From Lingula anatina (lineage: Eukaryota; Animalia; Brachiopoda): a stretch of DNA of 64,000 nucleotides. A program made the translations under genes and the position numbers. The stretch lies in contig CM120642.1 in assembly GCA_051362555.1 (NCBI GenBank), forward strand, positions 2,294,001 through 2,358,000. The letters run 5' to 3'. Each line of letters opens with the position of its first letter. The first letter of the stretch is position 1. Positions 38,001 through 49,229 of this stretch are shown piece after piece. The notes under the pieces were generated by a model, which was given only the letters and a program-made list of their open reading frames with translations, was not told the DNA's origin and made no database searches.

Positions 38001-38102
38001 TGTACTACTTATAAACTAGACAGAGAAACATTATTTGCTGCCTTACCAGAGGTAAATGTGCAGGGTCTAGCAGACGATACACACCCTGAGCTTCAGAGCT
38101 AA
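35013..38102 (+). CDS. LINE ORF2 (APE endonuclease and RT); true C-terminus resumes at 38758-38860 after the MITE
   Basis: GDFNAR, SAVDY, SDH, QAGFR, LYADD, IERGRY motifs. Confidence 0.92.
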   Translation: MWIQLSSRQLGLEQDVYLCAVYVKPNNGPSDEATLEILEEEIASYQNYGLICLVGDFNARTGSLPDFIKNDNTFGIPVADSYTTNSFLQKRNNVDTVVNRQGKALLELCMNSNLRILNGRVKGNSLGYPTCYNRQGCSAVDYAIVSDRLLSKIMYLTVLPIDYLSDHCLLDLAIYTSGRPTQEIEKSLPIQNFKDSYFWETGSTEKFVQALETEEILSAISHAQNTNYPASKHGINTACGELTNIIEKAATMSLRKRNIPKSNKTKKKIKRIKQQPWFDSSCSEIRRNIKNLGRLLQKNPHNNFISQTYHAATKKYKQLLKQKKREYKDSLLKKLINSERNNPKEFWKTLKSLKDKDDKSNPVNPDIWQQHFQKLCGIPPVEDKRLDDEIKTYENQEGDSTLNGPITIGEVKKAIKKLKNSKTAGQDSIRNEMLKSGSKYLVGLLTKVFNLALNTAETPDAWNLGIILPLYKSGEHTDPSNYRGLCITSCLGKLFNSIITDRLSIYLEVNRKLSEEQAGFRPGYRTADHIFTLKSLINKYMNQNKRLYTCFIDLRKAFDTVWHKGLFLKLLKTGIRGRVYNIIKYMYENTRLGVSVDKGYTQPFLSKIGIRQGDNLSPILFNIFIDDIKAELYTVNDTSKVEEISHILYADDLVLISKTKDGLQTLLNKLERYCERWKLRVNEEKSKVIVFHKSGRTESLNFVINDRPIEIVKQYQYLGVIFTNTGSLKKTLENLKQKALKAIFSLKGALASNEISSPLLTMSLFDKMIKPILLYGCEVWGQEILSQKKMTLEKLNKMPFEQVHLKFCKWALGVRKSASNNACRAEMGRFPIYLDIVKLVSKYSARLQELPDNRIVKQAYNREKIENGSNWYQTMSNIKICWELNTNRHNCEIHNYPDLEIEITNEIKRKFWEEIHRNTNNKLRTYSKIKKSYEAEPYLELKVPFTYKKILAKMRVSDHELEIERGRYTHPKTKIEDRKCPHCNAVEDEAHFFFLECTTYKLDRETLFAALPEVNVQGLADDTHPELQS

Positions 38103-38749
38103 CTTGACACTAACCTTTTCACTGTAGCCTATCTCCATCGTGTCAAGTAACCTCTGACCAGATTCGATTGCCTCCGCCGCCCGCCAATCAAATTTAAAAG
38201 CCCGCACTCAATGACTCATTAAACGATCTAGCCAATGAACGCGAACGAGTCAAAGCGCGCTTTGTTCAAATCCGGACCAATCAAAGATAAGGCTGAATAT
38301 CAGGGACTTGCCGTAACCTGTGGGCAGCACGCAAATAACATCGTCTCTCAGTAGATAATGATGCAGGGCCTCAAACTGCTAGACCCTATGGTTTCAATCT
38401 CGATTTACTCATATTTTGCAAAGAATCAAGAGATAACTTAACACATTCTTTTTCGTAGTCACTCGCCTTGCTTTCTTTGTGTACGGTAATACACTCGGAA
38501 CTACTCGGATGTCTCCGCACTCGACAATAACTATGTTGTTAGTATGGAGCTTGCGGAATCAGCCGAGGATTGCCGATTGACGGTCAACCAATCAGCGTTT
38601 TCACCAAACTTTGGTGAAAAATTTTGAAACATGGATTTGATTGGCTTATATAAACTAGGTCAAACTATTTTCGTCAGAGGTTACTTGACACGATGAAGAT
38701 AGGCTACAGTGAAGAGGTTAGTGTCAAGTTAGCTCTGAAGCTCAGGGTG
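38082..38749. mobile_element. MITE with ~75-bp TIRs and 8-bp TSD (hAT/P-like)
   Basis: CACCCTGAGCTTCAGAGCTAACTTGACACTAACC... in inverted copies; TSD ACGATACA. Confidence 0.9.
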
Positions 38750-39148
38750 ACGATACACTATCCGCCCTATTAAATGTGTCAAATGAGAGAGGTGTGTCCG
38801 CACTTGTAAAGTTTATACACAGTGCTATGAGAAAACGGAAGCTATCTAAATTGAGATAACACCTGTAACTTTATTATTACTATGTACATGTATTTAAACT
38901 TAAGTATATTATAATTAGTAGTGTAGAGAGCCTATAAATATACACACATTTCATGTGCTCAATAAATTATTATTATTATTATAAACAGTTAGATATGCAT
39001 TTTCATGTCTAAACTAATGCAGGGAAAGGAAAGAGAGCTGAAAAAACAAGGCAGCAAAGCTGTCAAATGTACAGACAAAAAGCAGAAAATAACAATGCAC
39101 AAAATAGGCTACTGTCAATTCTGATGCAAAAGTACATATTATGCTTAA

Positions 39149-39788
39149 AGTCATAATAACTCTTCATTTTGGCCAAAAATTGGATTTTCCTGGAGTAAAC
39201 GGCAATTTTCCCGTACTTACCAATGGTCAGCGACCCCATTCCTGCATTCAAAGTTAATCCAGGGTTTTTTTCCTAAACGTACGTTTTTTTGTTAAAATCT
39301 CTTAAGACACATGACACATCTTAAGAGATTTTAACTGACGGAGCTCTCTCTGACATCGCATAGTCACTGTTGACCTACTTAAAACCGCGGGAAAAGCAGA
39401 CAACAACAACACTATATAAGATTCATGAGATATATTCATCTTTTCGTTAAAAATACATTAATATCCACAATGTGTGCCATTCTGGGCTTTTCGTTATCCG
39501 ACGCACTGTACAAAAACTCGCAACTTACGTCTGCGTCCGCATTAATGCGTTTGGCGCCATATGTTATTTTGGTCTCGAATGAACGCGAGAATCCGCGTGA
39601 CACCATTACGTCATTAGCAACGAATGCCTTGATGAAAGCATCGAAAGCCCTATTGACAAGCACAGATTTTAGTTTTACTGCAATAACGGCCGTTTTAGTG
39701 GTAAAATACAATAGAATATATTTCCATGCGTTGTTTACAATGTATTTCATGCGGAATTTTGAATCTCAAAGGAAGAGTTATTATTGCT
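39149..39788. mobile_element. TTAA MITE (Kolobok-like)
   Basis: TIRs and TTAA TSD; shares one end with 25875-26211. Confidence 0.78.
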
Positions 39789-40020
39789 TTAACTGCAAAT
39801 TCAACATCAAATTTTAATTATGCTCAACAGGCAATACCGATGTAAGTAAAATGTGTAACAAGCATAAGGCTTCAGGCCCATGGGGGTTTAAGATCACTCT
39901 TTGAAAATGCCAGAATGAGAAAAATGAAAACCCAACTGAGATGGCTTTCTAATTTGAACTGCATGCCAATCCTAAAAATCATACTTGTAAGTTAAAAAAA
40001 TAATATGTAACACACTTTTC

Positions 40021-41716
40021 TTTTTATGTACAGACACAGATGTGTCTGTACATATAGCTATCATCTGCGTCTGTCGTCGCCGTCGCCGTCGTCGCCGTCG
40101 CCGTCGCCGTGCACTTTTACCGATAACATAATAAGTGGAAAACCATTTTACCTTTTGACTTGAAACTTGCAGAACTGATGAATATTCATAATACGCAGGT
40201 CAAGTTCGAAAATCAGCATGATCGGGTCACTTTTAGGGAATTTATGCTGTTTTTTCACTTTTTTCAGCATATATGCAGCACCGATAACACGATAAGTGGA
40301 AAACCATTTTTACCTTTTGACTTGAAACTTACAGAACTGATGAATATTCATAATACGCAGGTCAAGTTCGAAAATCAGCATGATCGGGTCACTTTTAGGT
40401 AATTTATGCTGTTTTTTCACTATTTTCAATATAAATGCAACACTGATAACACAATATAAGAAAAACGGATTGGCCAATTGTAATTATACACACAGGAGTG
40501 GTCAATCTTACTAAAACGCAGGTTGAGTTCGAAAATAAGCATAATCGGGCCATTACTTAAGAAGTTATACTGTTTTTTCACATTTCCTCAGATTCAATTA
40601 TTAGGCATGTTAACAGTCTCATTTAACTAATAAGATGCCTAAAAGTGTTTGTTTGATATTTCCTGCATCTTTACAACATTGTTAGTTGATTATGTAAAAA
40701 ACATGGTAAACTTGTTATCATGTATTGTGTAATAAAGTGTCAAAAATGGAAATAAACTCATATCATTGCAGTTTGTCAGATTCAATCATCCACTATGTTC
40801 AGAATCTCAGAATGGAGGAAATTGGACATTTAACACTGTTCTATTGATACTTTTCCCATCTCATCAATTTTCTTAGTTGGACATATAAAAATGGCAGTAA
40901 AATGTTTATTTTGTTTTATGTTAAAAAAGTGTTTAAAATGGAAATAAACCCATTTCAGAACAGTGCTGTCTTGTTTACATTTTGGCATTATCAAGGCGTG
41001 ACTTTGAAGTTCCATGGGCCTGAAGACCTTTGCTAGTCACATTTTCTGAATATCTGTGATACAAATATTTTATAATTAAAAATTGATGGTCATTAAGCTG
41101 TTAAACATTATGTAATATTGCATCAAAATTTGAAGAAACCCCCATTTTGGGCACTGCTTCCATGATGACCATTTAAGGAAAATCATGTCACTTACTGTTT
41201 TCAAACTTACAGGATAGAAACATGGGACTAAAATACAGCTTCAGTAGGCAATGCAGTCTGTTTGGTTTTTTTTTTTTTGGCAGTTAAACAGTTTTTTGTG
41301 AAAATTTAATTTTTCACATATTGGCATTTTCAAGGTGTGACTTTAAAGTTCCATGATCTTGAAGACTTTTGCTTGTCACATTTTCTGAATGTCCATGTTA
41401 CTAATATTTTATTAATAACATTTGATTGTCATTATATGCTGTTAAACATTATGTAATGTTGCATCAAAATTTGAAGAAACCCCTATTTTGGGCACTGCTC
41501 CTATGATGACCATTTAAGGGAAATCATGTCACTTACTGTTCTCAAACTTACAGGAATGAAACATGGGTCTAACATACAGCTTCAATAGGCAACGCAGTCT
41601 GTTTGGTAAATTTTTATGGCAATTTAACAGTTTTTTGTGAAAATTTAATTTTTCATTTATTTGCATCTTTATTTTCTGTTCTTTGTCTGTACATTTGACA
41701 GCTTTGCTGCCTTGTT
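40021..41716 (+). mobile_element. HINE-like element copy 4
   Basis: Both termini present; inserted at a T-run of copy 3. Confidence 0.75.
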
Positions 41717-41745
41717 ATAATGTTTGTAGTAGCAGTGCAAAAAGA

Positions 41746-43260
41746 TTTTTTATGTACAGACACAGATGTGTCTGTATATATAGCCATCATCTGCGTCCGT
41801 CGTCGCCGTCGTCGCCGTCGCCGTTGCCGTGCACTTTTACCGATAACACAATAAGTGGAAAACCATTTTACCTTTTGACTTGAAACTTGCAGAACTGATG
41901 AATATTCATAATACGCAGGTCAAGTTCAAAAATCAGCATGATCGGGTCACTTTTAGGGAATTTATGCAGTTTTTTCACTTTTTTCAGCATATATGCAGCA
42001 CGGATAACACGATAAGTGGAAAACCATTTTACCTTTTGACTTGAAACTTACAGAACTGATGAATATTCATAATACGCAGGTCAAGTTCGAAAATCAGCAT
42101 GATCGGGTCACTTTTAGGGAATTTATGCTGTTTTTTCACTTTTTTCAGCATATATGCAGCACCGATAACACGATAAGTAGAAAACCATTTTACCTTTTGA
42201 CTTGAAACTTACAGAACTGATGAATATTCATAATACGCAGGTCAAGTTCGAAAATCAGCATGATTGGGCTATTTTGAGGGAATTTATGCTGTTTTTTCAC
42301 TATTTTCAATATAAATGCAACACTGATAACACAATATAAGAAAAACGGATTGGCCAATTGTAATTATACTCACAGGAGTGGTCAATCTTACTAAAACGCA
42401 GGTTGAGTTCGAAAATCAGCATAATCGGGCCATTATTTTAGAAGTTATACTGTTTTTTTCACATTTCCTCAGATTCAATTCTTAAGCATGTTAACAGTCT
42501 CATTATTTAACTAATAAGATGCCTAAAAGTGTTTGTTTGATATTTCCTGCATCTTTACAACATTGTTAGTTGATTATGTAAAAAACATGGTAAACTTGTT
42601 ATCATGTATTGTGTAATAAAGTGTCAAAAATGGAAATAAACTCATATCATTGCAGTTTGTCAGATTCAATCATCCACTATGTTCAGAATCTCAGAATGGA
42701 GGAAATTGGACATTTAACACTGTTCTATTGATACTTTTCCCATCTCATCAATTTTTTTAGTTGGTCATATAAAAATGGCAGTAAAATGTTTATTTTGTTT
42801 TATGTTAAAAAAGTGTTAAAAATGGAAATAAACCCATTTCAGAACAGTGCTGTCTTGTTTACATTTTGGCATTTTCAAGGCGTGACTTTGAAGTTCCATG
42901 GGCCTGAAGACCTTTGCTAGTCACATTTTCTGAATATCTGTGATACAAATATTTTATAATTAAAAATTGATGGTCATTAAGCTGTTAAACATTATGTAAT
43001 ATTGCATCAAAATTTGAAGAAACCCCTATTTTGGGCACTGCTCCTATGATGACCATTTAAGGGAAATCATGTCACTTACTGTTCTCAAACTTATAGGAAA
43101 GAAACATGGCACTAAAATACAGCTTCAATAGGCAATGCAGTCTGTTTGGTAAATTTTTCTGGCAATTTAACAGTTTTTTGTGAAAATTTAATTTTTCACT
43201 TATTTGCATCTTTATTTTCTGTTCTTTGTCTGTACATTTGACAGCTTTGCTGCCTTGTTT
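41746..43260 (+). mobile_element. HINE-like element copy 5
   Basis: Both termini present; three ~160-bp subrepeats; inserted at a T-run of copy 3. Confidence 0.75.
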
Positions 43261-43541
43261 AAAATTTTGATGTAACATTTCACAATAAATTACAGAATAA
43301 TTATAACCAATTTTTGATTATTAACTATAAATAGCGTGGACATGCAGAAAATTTGATTACCATTTGGCTTCATGTCCATGGGAGCTCTAGCTGAGTCCCA
43401 CAATGAATATATGTCAACACGATATAAATGAATATTTCACTAACATGTTTAACTTCCAGAAAAAGAAGACAAATAGACTGATTTTCCAACTCAGGCTGCA
43501 TTTTAGTCTCAAGTTTCTTTTTTGAAAGTTTGACAATCATA

Positions 43542-43754
43542 CACCCCATTTCCATAGATTAGATCGACCTACTTTAGATCGACCTAACTTATGGGGGTTC
43601 ACGCTAAATAGCTGTCAGCCAGGCAGACACGAAAGTTAATTACCCCTTACAGCTTGTAGTAGGCGGGTACGGACACTTAAGGGGGATTATCTGACAGTAA
43701 TCTAGTGAGACTCCCCGCAGTGATAGATCGATCTAAAGTTGTGGGAATAGACCC
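43542..43754 (-). mobile_element. Harbinger-like MITE family C
   Basis: Reverse complement of 8726-8940; 3-bp TSD ATA. Confidence 0.78.
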
Positions 43755-46700
43755 ATAAATAACACGGTTTTCCCATAATGGTCATCATGGCAGCAGCACC
43801 CAAAATTGTGTTTTCTTCTATTTTGATGCAATATTACATAATGGTTAACAGCATAATGACTGTCAATTTTTAATAATAAAATAAATGTATCATGGATTTT
43901 CAGAAAATGTGACTAGCAAAGGTCTTCAGGCCCATAGAACTTCAAAGTCACACCTTGAAAATGCCAATATGTGAAAAATTTAATTTTCACAAAAAAACTG
44001 TTGAACTGGCAGAAAGATTGAATTACCAAACAGACTGCATTGCCTACTGAAGCTATATTTCAGTCCCATGTTTCTTTCCTGTAAGTTTGAGAATGGTAAT
44101 TAAGTGACATGGTTTTCCTTAAATGGTCAGGGTCATTATGGGGGCAGTGCCCAAAATAGGGTTTTCTTCAAATTTTGATGCAATATAATACATAATGTTT
44201 AACAGCATAATGACCAACAATTTTTAATAATAAAATATTAGTATGATATATATTCAGAAAATGTAACTAGCAAAGGTCTTCAGGCCCATAGAATTTTAAA
44301 GTCACAACTTGAAAATGCCAAAATGTAAACAAGACAGCACTGTTATGAAATGTTTTTTTCCATTTTTAACACTTTTTTAACATAAAACAAAATAAACATT
44401 TTACTGCCATTTTTATGTGATCCACTAAGAAAATTGATGAGATGGGAAAATGTCAATAGAACAGTGTTAAATGTCCAATTTCTTCCATTCTGAGATTCTG
44501 AACATAGTAAATGATTGAATCTGACAAACTGCAATGACATGAGTTTATTTCCATTTTTGAAACTTGATTACACAATACACGATAATAATTTCACCATCGT
44601 TTTTTCAAAATCAACTAACAATGTTGTAAAGATGCAGGAAATGTCAAACAGACACTTTTACGTATCTTATTTATTAAATAATGAGACTGTTAACATGCCT
44701 AAGAATTGAATCTGAAGAATTGTGAAAAAACAGCATAACTTCAAAAAAATGGCCGATTATGCCGATTTTCAAACTCAACCTGCATTTTAGCAGGATTGAC
44801 CACTCCTGTGAGTTTAATGACAATTGGCCAATCCGTTTTTATTCTTATATTGTGTTTACAGTGTTGCATATATATATATGCTGAAAAGTGAAAAAAAAAG
44901 TATAACTACTAAAACAGTGGCACGATCATGCTGATTTTAGAACTTGACCTGCGTTTTAGTAAGATTGATTAGTCCTGTGAGTGTTATGACAACAGGCTTA
45001 TCGGTTTTCCTTGAAATATGTTTACAGGGTTGCATATATGCTGAAAAGTGAAAAAAACAGCATAACTTCTACAATAATGGTCCGATCATGCTGATTTTCA
45101 AACTTGACTTGCATTTTATGAATATTCATCAGCTCTTTAAATATGGAGCCAAAAAGTAAAACTGCCGTACACTTATCGTGTTTACAATGAAAGTGCACTG
45201 CGTCGGCATCGGCAACGACGGCGACGACAGAAGCAAGTGATGGCAATATTAGTCTAGATGACTGGTGCAAAAATTGCTCAAAAGGTGGAAAAAGCATGAC
45301 ACTTGGCACAAATGTTCTTTGGACTATGCTTATCATTTTCAAGGGCAGTGCCCAAAATTTCAAAGCGTTGCTTAGCAACCGTTGCTAAGGAAGTGATTTA
45401 CCTTAGTAACAACACATCTGTGTCTGTACATAAAAATACAAGTTAGATGTGTTGAAAATTGCGTTCCTGCTTGTCTTGGTTGACCCATTTAAAGGGGTCA
45501 TGCCGATACTCCCCGCACCGTTACTCCCCCGCACTGTAACTCCCCCGCACAAATACTTCCCTGCACCGATACTTCCCCTTAGTAAATTTTTGCATTATGC
45601 ACATCGATACGACCCCACACCGATAGATCCCCGCATCGATAAATCCCCTCTACCCTAGCTGTGAGTAAATTGAGAGGAGAGCCCTATTGACCCATTTGAG
45701 CCTGCGTCATCAAAACAAGCGGCAGCCATGCTGGAGGGAGACAACAATCGTCTGCTGCACTGCGCACAAGCGTCCTATGATGTCTTTAGGTGTTGGGAAC
45801 TATAAAAGAGCTCTAGGATCTATCAAGCCCGTAGCCAGCAATTTCAAAAGGGGGCTTCTATCGCTGAAAAAGTGGATCTTTTTCCATAAAAACTTCATTG
45901 CCTAGATCAAATGTTACCCAGAGTGGACCTTTTCCCAGCAAAAAGGGGCGGTTCTTTCGAACCCCCTATGACCCCCCTGCGTACGGACCTGATATATAGG
46001 CCTATAGATACATGAACTCACAAGTGAGCAGTAGATCGAGTCATCTGCGGAAAAATGTCTAAATTTCCAATTATTTTCGTTATAAAGTCACGTTTTACGT
46101 AGTTCCAAGCTGACAGCAGCAAGTAGCTTAATTGTCAGAACAATTTTGAAGTATATTCGAAAATCAAACAATCCTAGCTTGTACATCATGTAGGCCTACA
46201 AAGCAGATCTACGCCAGTGGGGTTGGCATTTCAGCGACAACAGAACGTTGCTTAAGGTATGACATACGTATAGGCCTACGAAAGTGACAAGCAAAACAAG
46301 ATAACTTCAAATTTTGATTCTCGCTGCAATTTGGCAAAACCTAAGAGAAAATCATTAGAGTGTATCCATAGAAGAATTCGTTCGTTGTCTAACATCTCTG
46401 GCTGGCCTAATAATATTTATATGTAGGCCTATGACACTGAAGCGGTTTGGAGAAAATACCCCAGCTGACTCGACTGGGGATCGAAACCAGTTTACCAGGA
46501 ATCGTAGTCCGAACCGCAGTCCGTTCTCCATTAGCCTACTTTGTACAGATGCCATTCGTCCCATACATGTATAATAAACCCCAATACTCCGACCGGGACG
46601 CTCTCTCATTATGCGAGTGCTCTTCCATCGAGCTATCGATGGGTCTAACCCGCCAGTCACTACAACCCCTTTGATTTCAAACTCCGTGAAATATCTGTTG

Positions 46701-47140
46701 ACTGTACGCTAAGTCGCAAGGCTTTGGTCTATCGCGGATGATTGTTATTGGGGTGAATCGTTCCATGTCACAAGAAAATAATTAATATGACACATACCTT
46801 GATTTGTATTTGGTCCTGGATTTAATTCGACTCCTCCAATCAGCAGCAGTATGTATGTCACTTCGAAACTCAAAATGGTGCAGAGCGGTAGGTATACAGT
46901 GATTATTATCGGTCCTTAAATTGAAATGAAAATTCATATTGAAACCAACTCGACGGGCTTAAAGTGCCATTTATATGTCATTTCAACATCAAATACATGT
47001 TGTGACCTGAAAATAATTTATGTAAAGGCTCTATCACATGAAGCGTAAAACAGTTCGTGTGAGTGCCGCATGTGAAATCGATTATACGCAAACTCCGAGC
47101 ATACGAAACAACGTTTCCAGCGTTCTGAAGGGAAGATTAA

Positions 47141-47540
47141 GGCTTCATTCACATGGAAAGTCTATTTTCTTAAATCTATTTTCTATTCGCGGTAGGCTTA
47201 TCTTATGATCACGGTCTGTGCCCTGAATATCCCGCGGCGTAATTACTGGCAGCGCGAGCCAGTTACTTATACAAAGCTGTAATTAATTCTCGACTGTGCT
47301 CGCATTCTATAAAATCTCATCCTCCGTTGCCGCATCGCTTGCCATCGGATCATGATCACTTCCTACTGCGCATGCGTCAAGGTATCCGAATCTCCTCCGA
47401 GCACAGCCGAGAATTAATTACAGCTTTGGAAGTAACTGGCTCGCGCTGCCAGTATATTCAGGGCACAGATCGTGATCACAAGATATACCGCGAATAGAAA
47501 ATAGATTTTTAGAAAATAGACTTTCCATGTGAATGAAGCC
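47141..47540. mobile_element. Harbinger-like MITE family D
   Basis: Long TIR GGCTTCATTCACATG..., TAA TSD. Confidence 0.85.
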
Positions 47541-47761
47541 TAAAGCAGAGTATAAAATTGTTTTTAATGCTTAAAATATTTTATCTCCCTCCGGGTATGT
47601 TAATATAGACCAAAGTTTGCCTGTGTACCTGAGGCGTACAGGCCTACAACGTACATGTAAATCTAACGAACTGCTTTGCATTTGTCTGTGTGTGGGCATT
47701 TTTTTCTTATAAGTTAGTGCTATAGCTTTCGCTAGATGTGACAGTGCCTTATTGATTATAA

Positions 47762-47975
47762 GGGCGCATTCCCATAGATATTAGATCGATCTATCCCCGT
47801 GGGCAGTCTCACTTGATTATTGTCAGATAATCCGGCTTAAATGTCCGTCCCGCCTACTACAAGCTGTAAGGGGGTAATTAAATTTCGTGCCCGCTCGGCT
47901 GACAGTTATTTAGCGTGAACCCCCAGGGAGTTAGCTCGATCTAGTTGGATCGATCTAATCTCTGGGAATGGGGTC
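47762..47975 (+). mobile_element. Harbinger-like MITE family C
   Basis: Homolog of 8726-8940; TAA TSD. Confidence 0.8.
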
Positions 47976-49063
47976 TAAGTGTCTATGAGATGGAGACTGT
48001 TTCATGTGGCCACTTAAAGAAGTATAATAAGTAGATTTATATTACTCTTCATTATTCAAATTATATGAAAGAACCGACATCAGGCCCTAATTATTCACAG
48101 TCATAGATAATGTTCATACTAACCTTTGAATAAAGTCAGTTTCAGCGTGGATTGATAGATAATTCCTTGCCAAATAAGAAAGATCAAGTACATTTGGTAC
48201 GCCATCAGGTCCATTCCCAAGTTTGTCTTGAGACTGCGGTCTGAATAGATGAAAATGTCGATAGCATTTAATACTTGATAAAGTTTAAGTTATTATTATA
48301 GTAATATGACCAGTTACAGACGGTATCTGGAATAAAAATTATTATTAAAAGCGATATACAGCTGTGCAGTGACAATCAGTAAACAAAAAACAAGGGGAAT
48401 TAAAAGTGCGGTAACCATGTCAATCAAGAGTGCAAATATACAAATGGAAGGTTATCCTGTACGTAGTACCACCAGTACGGCGCTGGCGGTACACATGGTT
48501 TTAGTCCCGACCGGGATCGTCCGCCGCCACGTCACCGTTACCACTTCTCCTCCTAAACAATAAGAGCTCCTGTATCCATCTTTTGTATGTAGGTCACATA
48601 TAATCTCAACTCGATCCAAGTGAAATTTGGGCTTTATCTGTGCCACACGTCGCAATGTACCCTTGTCCAAAATTTGCAAAACCGAAGGAATTGTGGGAAA
48701 AATTTATATAAATGGCTGACCGAAAGTCATATGTGGAGATTTCAAATATGTCCTTGGATATAACCTTTGACCTTAATTTCAAGGTCAAATGGGTCACACT
48801 TTCTGAAAATGGAATAGGAACACTGCAAATAAATACAATACGTTTGCGTAAGCGCTCCAGGACGAACCTCCCAGTCAACCCTTTGGAACCATAAGGACAT
48901 CGCCGTGACGTCTCGGCCTAGAGACCTCGTGCAACGCGGATGGGCCATTGCCGCTTAGTCCCTGGGCGTGCACAAAATATTATCCGAACAAATCCGTTAC
49001 CCTCACCCCTCCAGTACACAATAATGAAGCCTTTAAAGACCAACAATTTGCTTTAACCAATTA

Positions 49064-49229
49064 GAGAGCATTCACATCGAGGAGAGCCGAGGTCTGGCAA
49101 GGCCGAGACCTAAATATGAATGTCATTGAGAGACCATCAAAGGATTACACGGTCTTCCTTTCATGTAGGTCCGCCATATTTAGGTCTCGGCCTTGCTAGA
49201 CCTCGGCTCTTCTCGATGTGAATGCTCTC
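49064..49229. mobile_element. Harbinger-like MITE family E
   Basis: TIR GAGAGCATTCACATCGA...; TTA TSD. Confidence 0.82.

Larger units (their letters stand above)
27340..38981 (+). mobile_element. LINE (APE+RT) split by the Gypsy element and by a MITE
   Basis: KIGMRNIRGLAKKLADDNFVS (before 27448) continues in frame with VQNFDIFVCVETF (after 34804); 3' AATAAA plus (ATT)n tail at 38961-38981; 5' limit approximate. Confidence 0.85.
39041..45436 (-). mobile_element. HINE-like element copy 3, host of five nested insertions
   Basis: Pieces 39041-39148, 39789-40020, 41717-41750, 43260-43541, 43755-45250 and 45412-45436 are colinear with copy 1. Confidence 0.72.

Noticed and set aside
39425-45378. 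Short ORFs within MITE and HINE copies
   Set aside because: They recur only because the repeats recur, are not open across copies and have no domains
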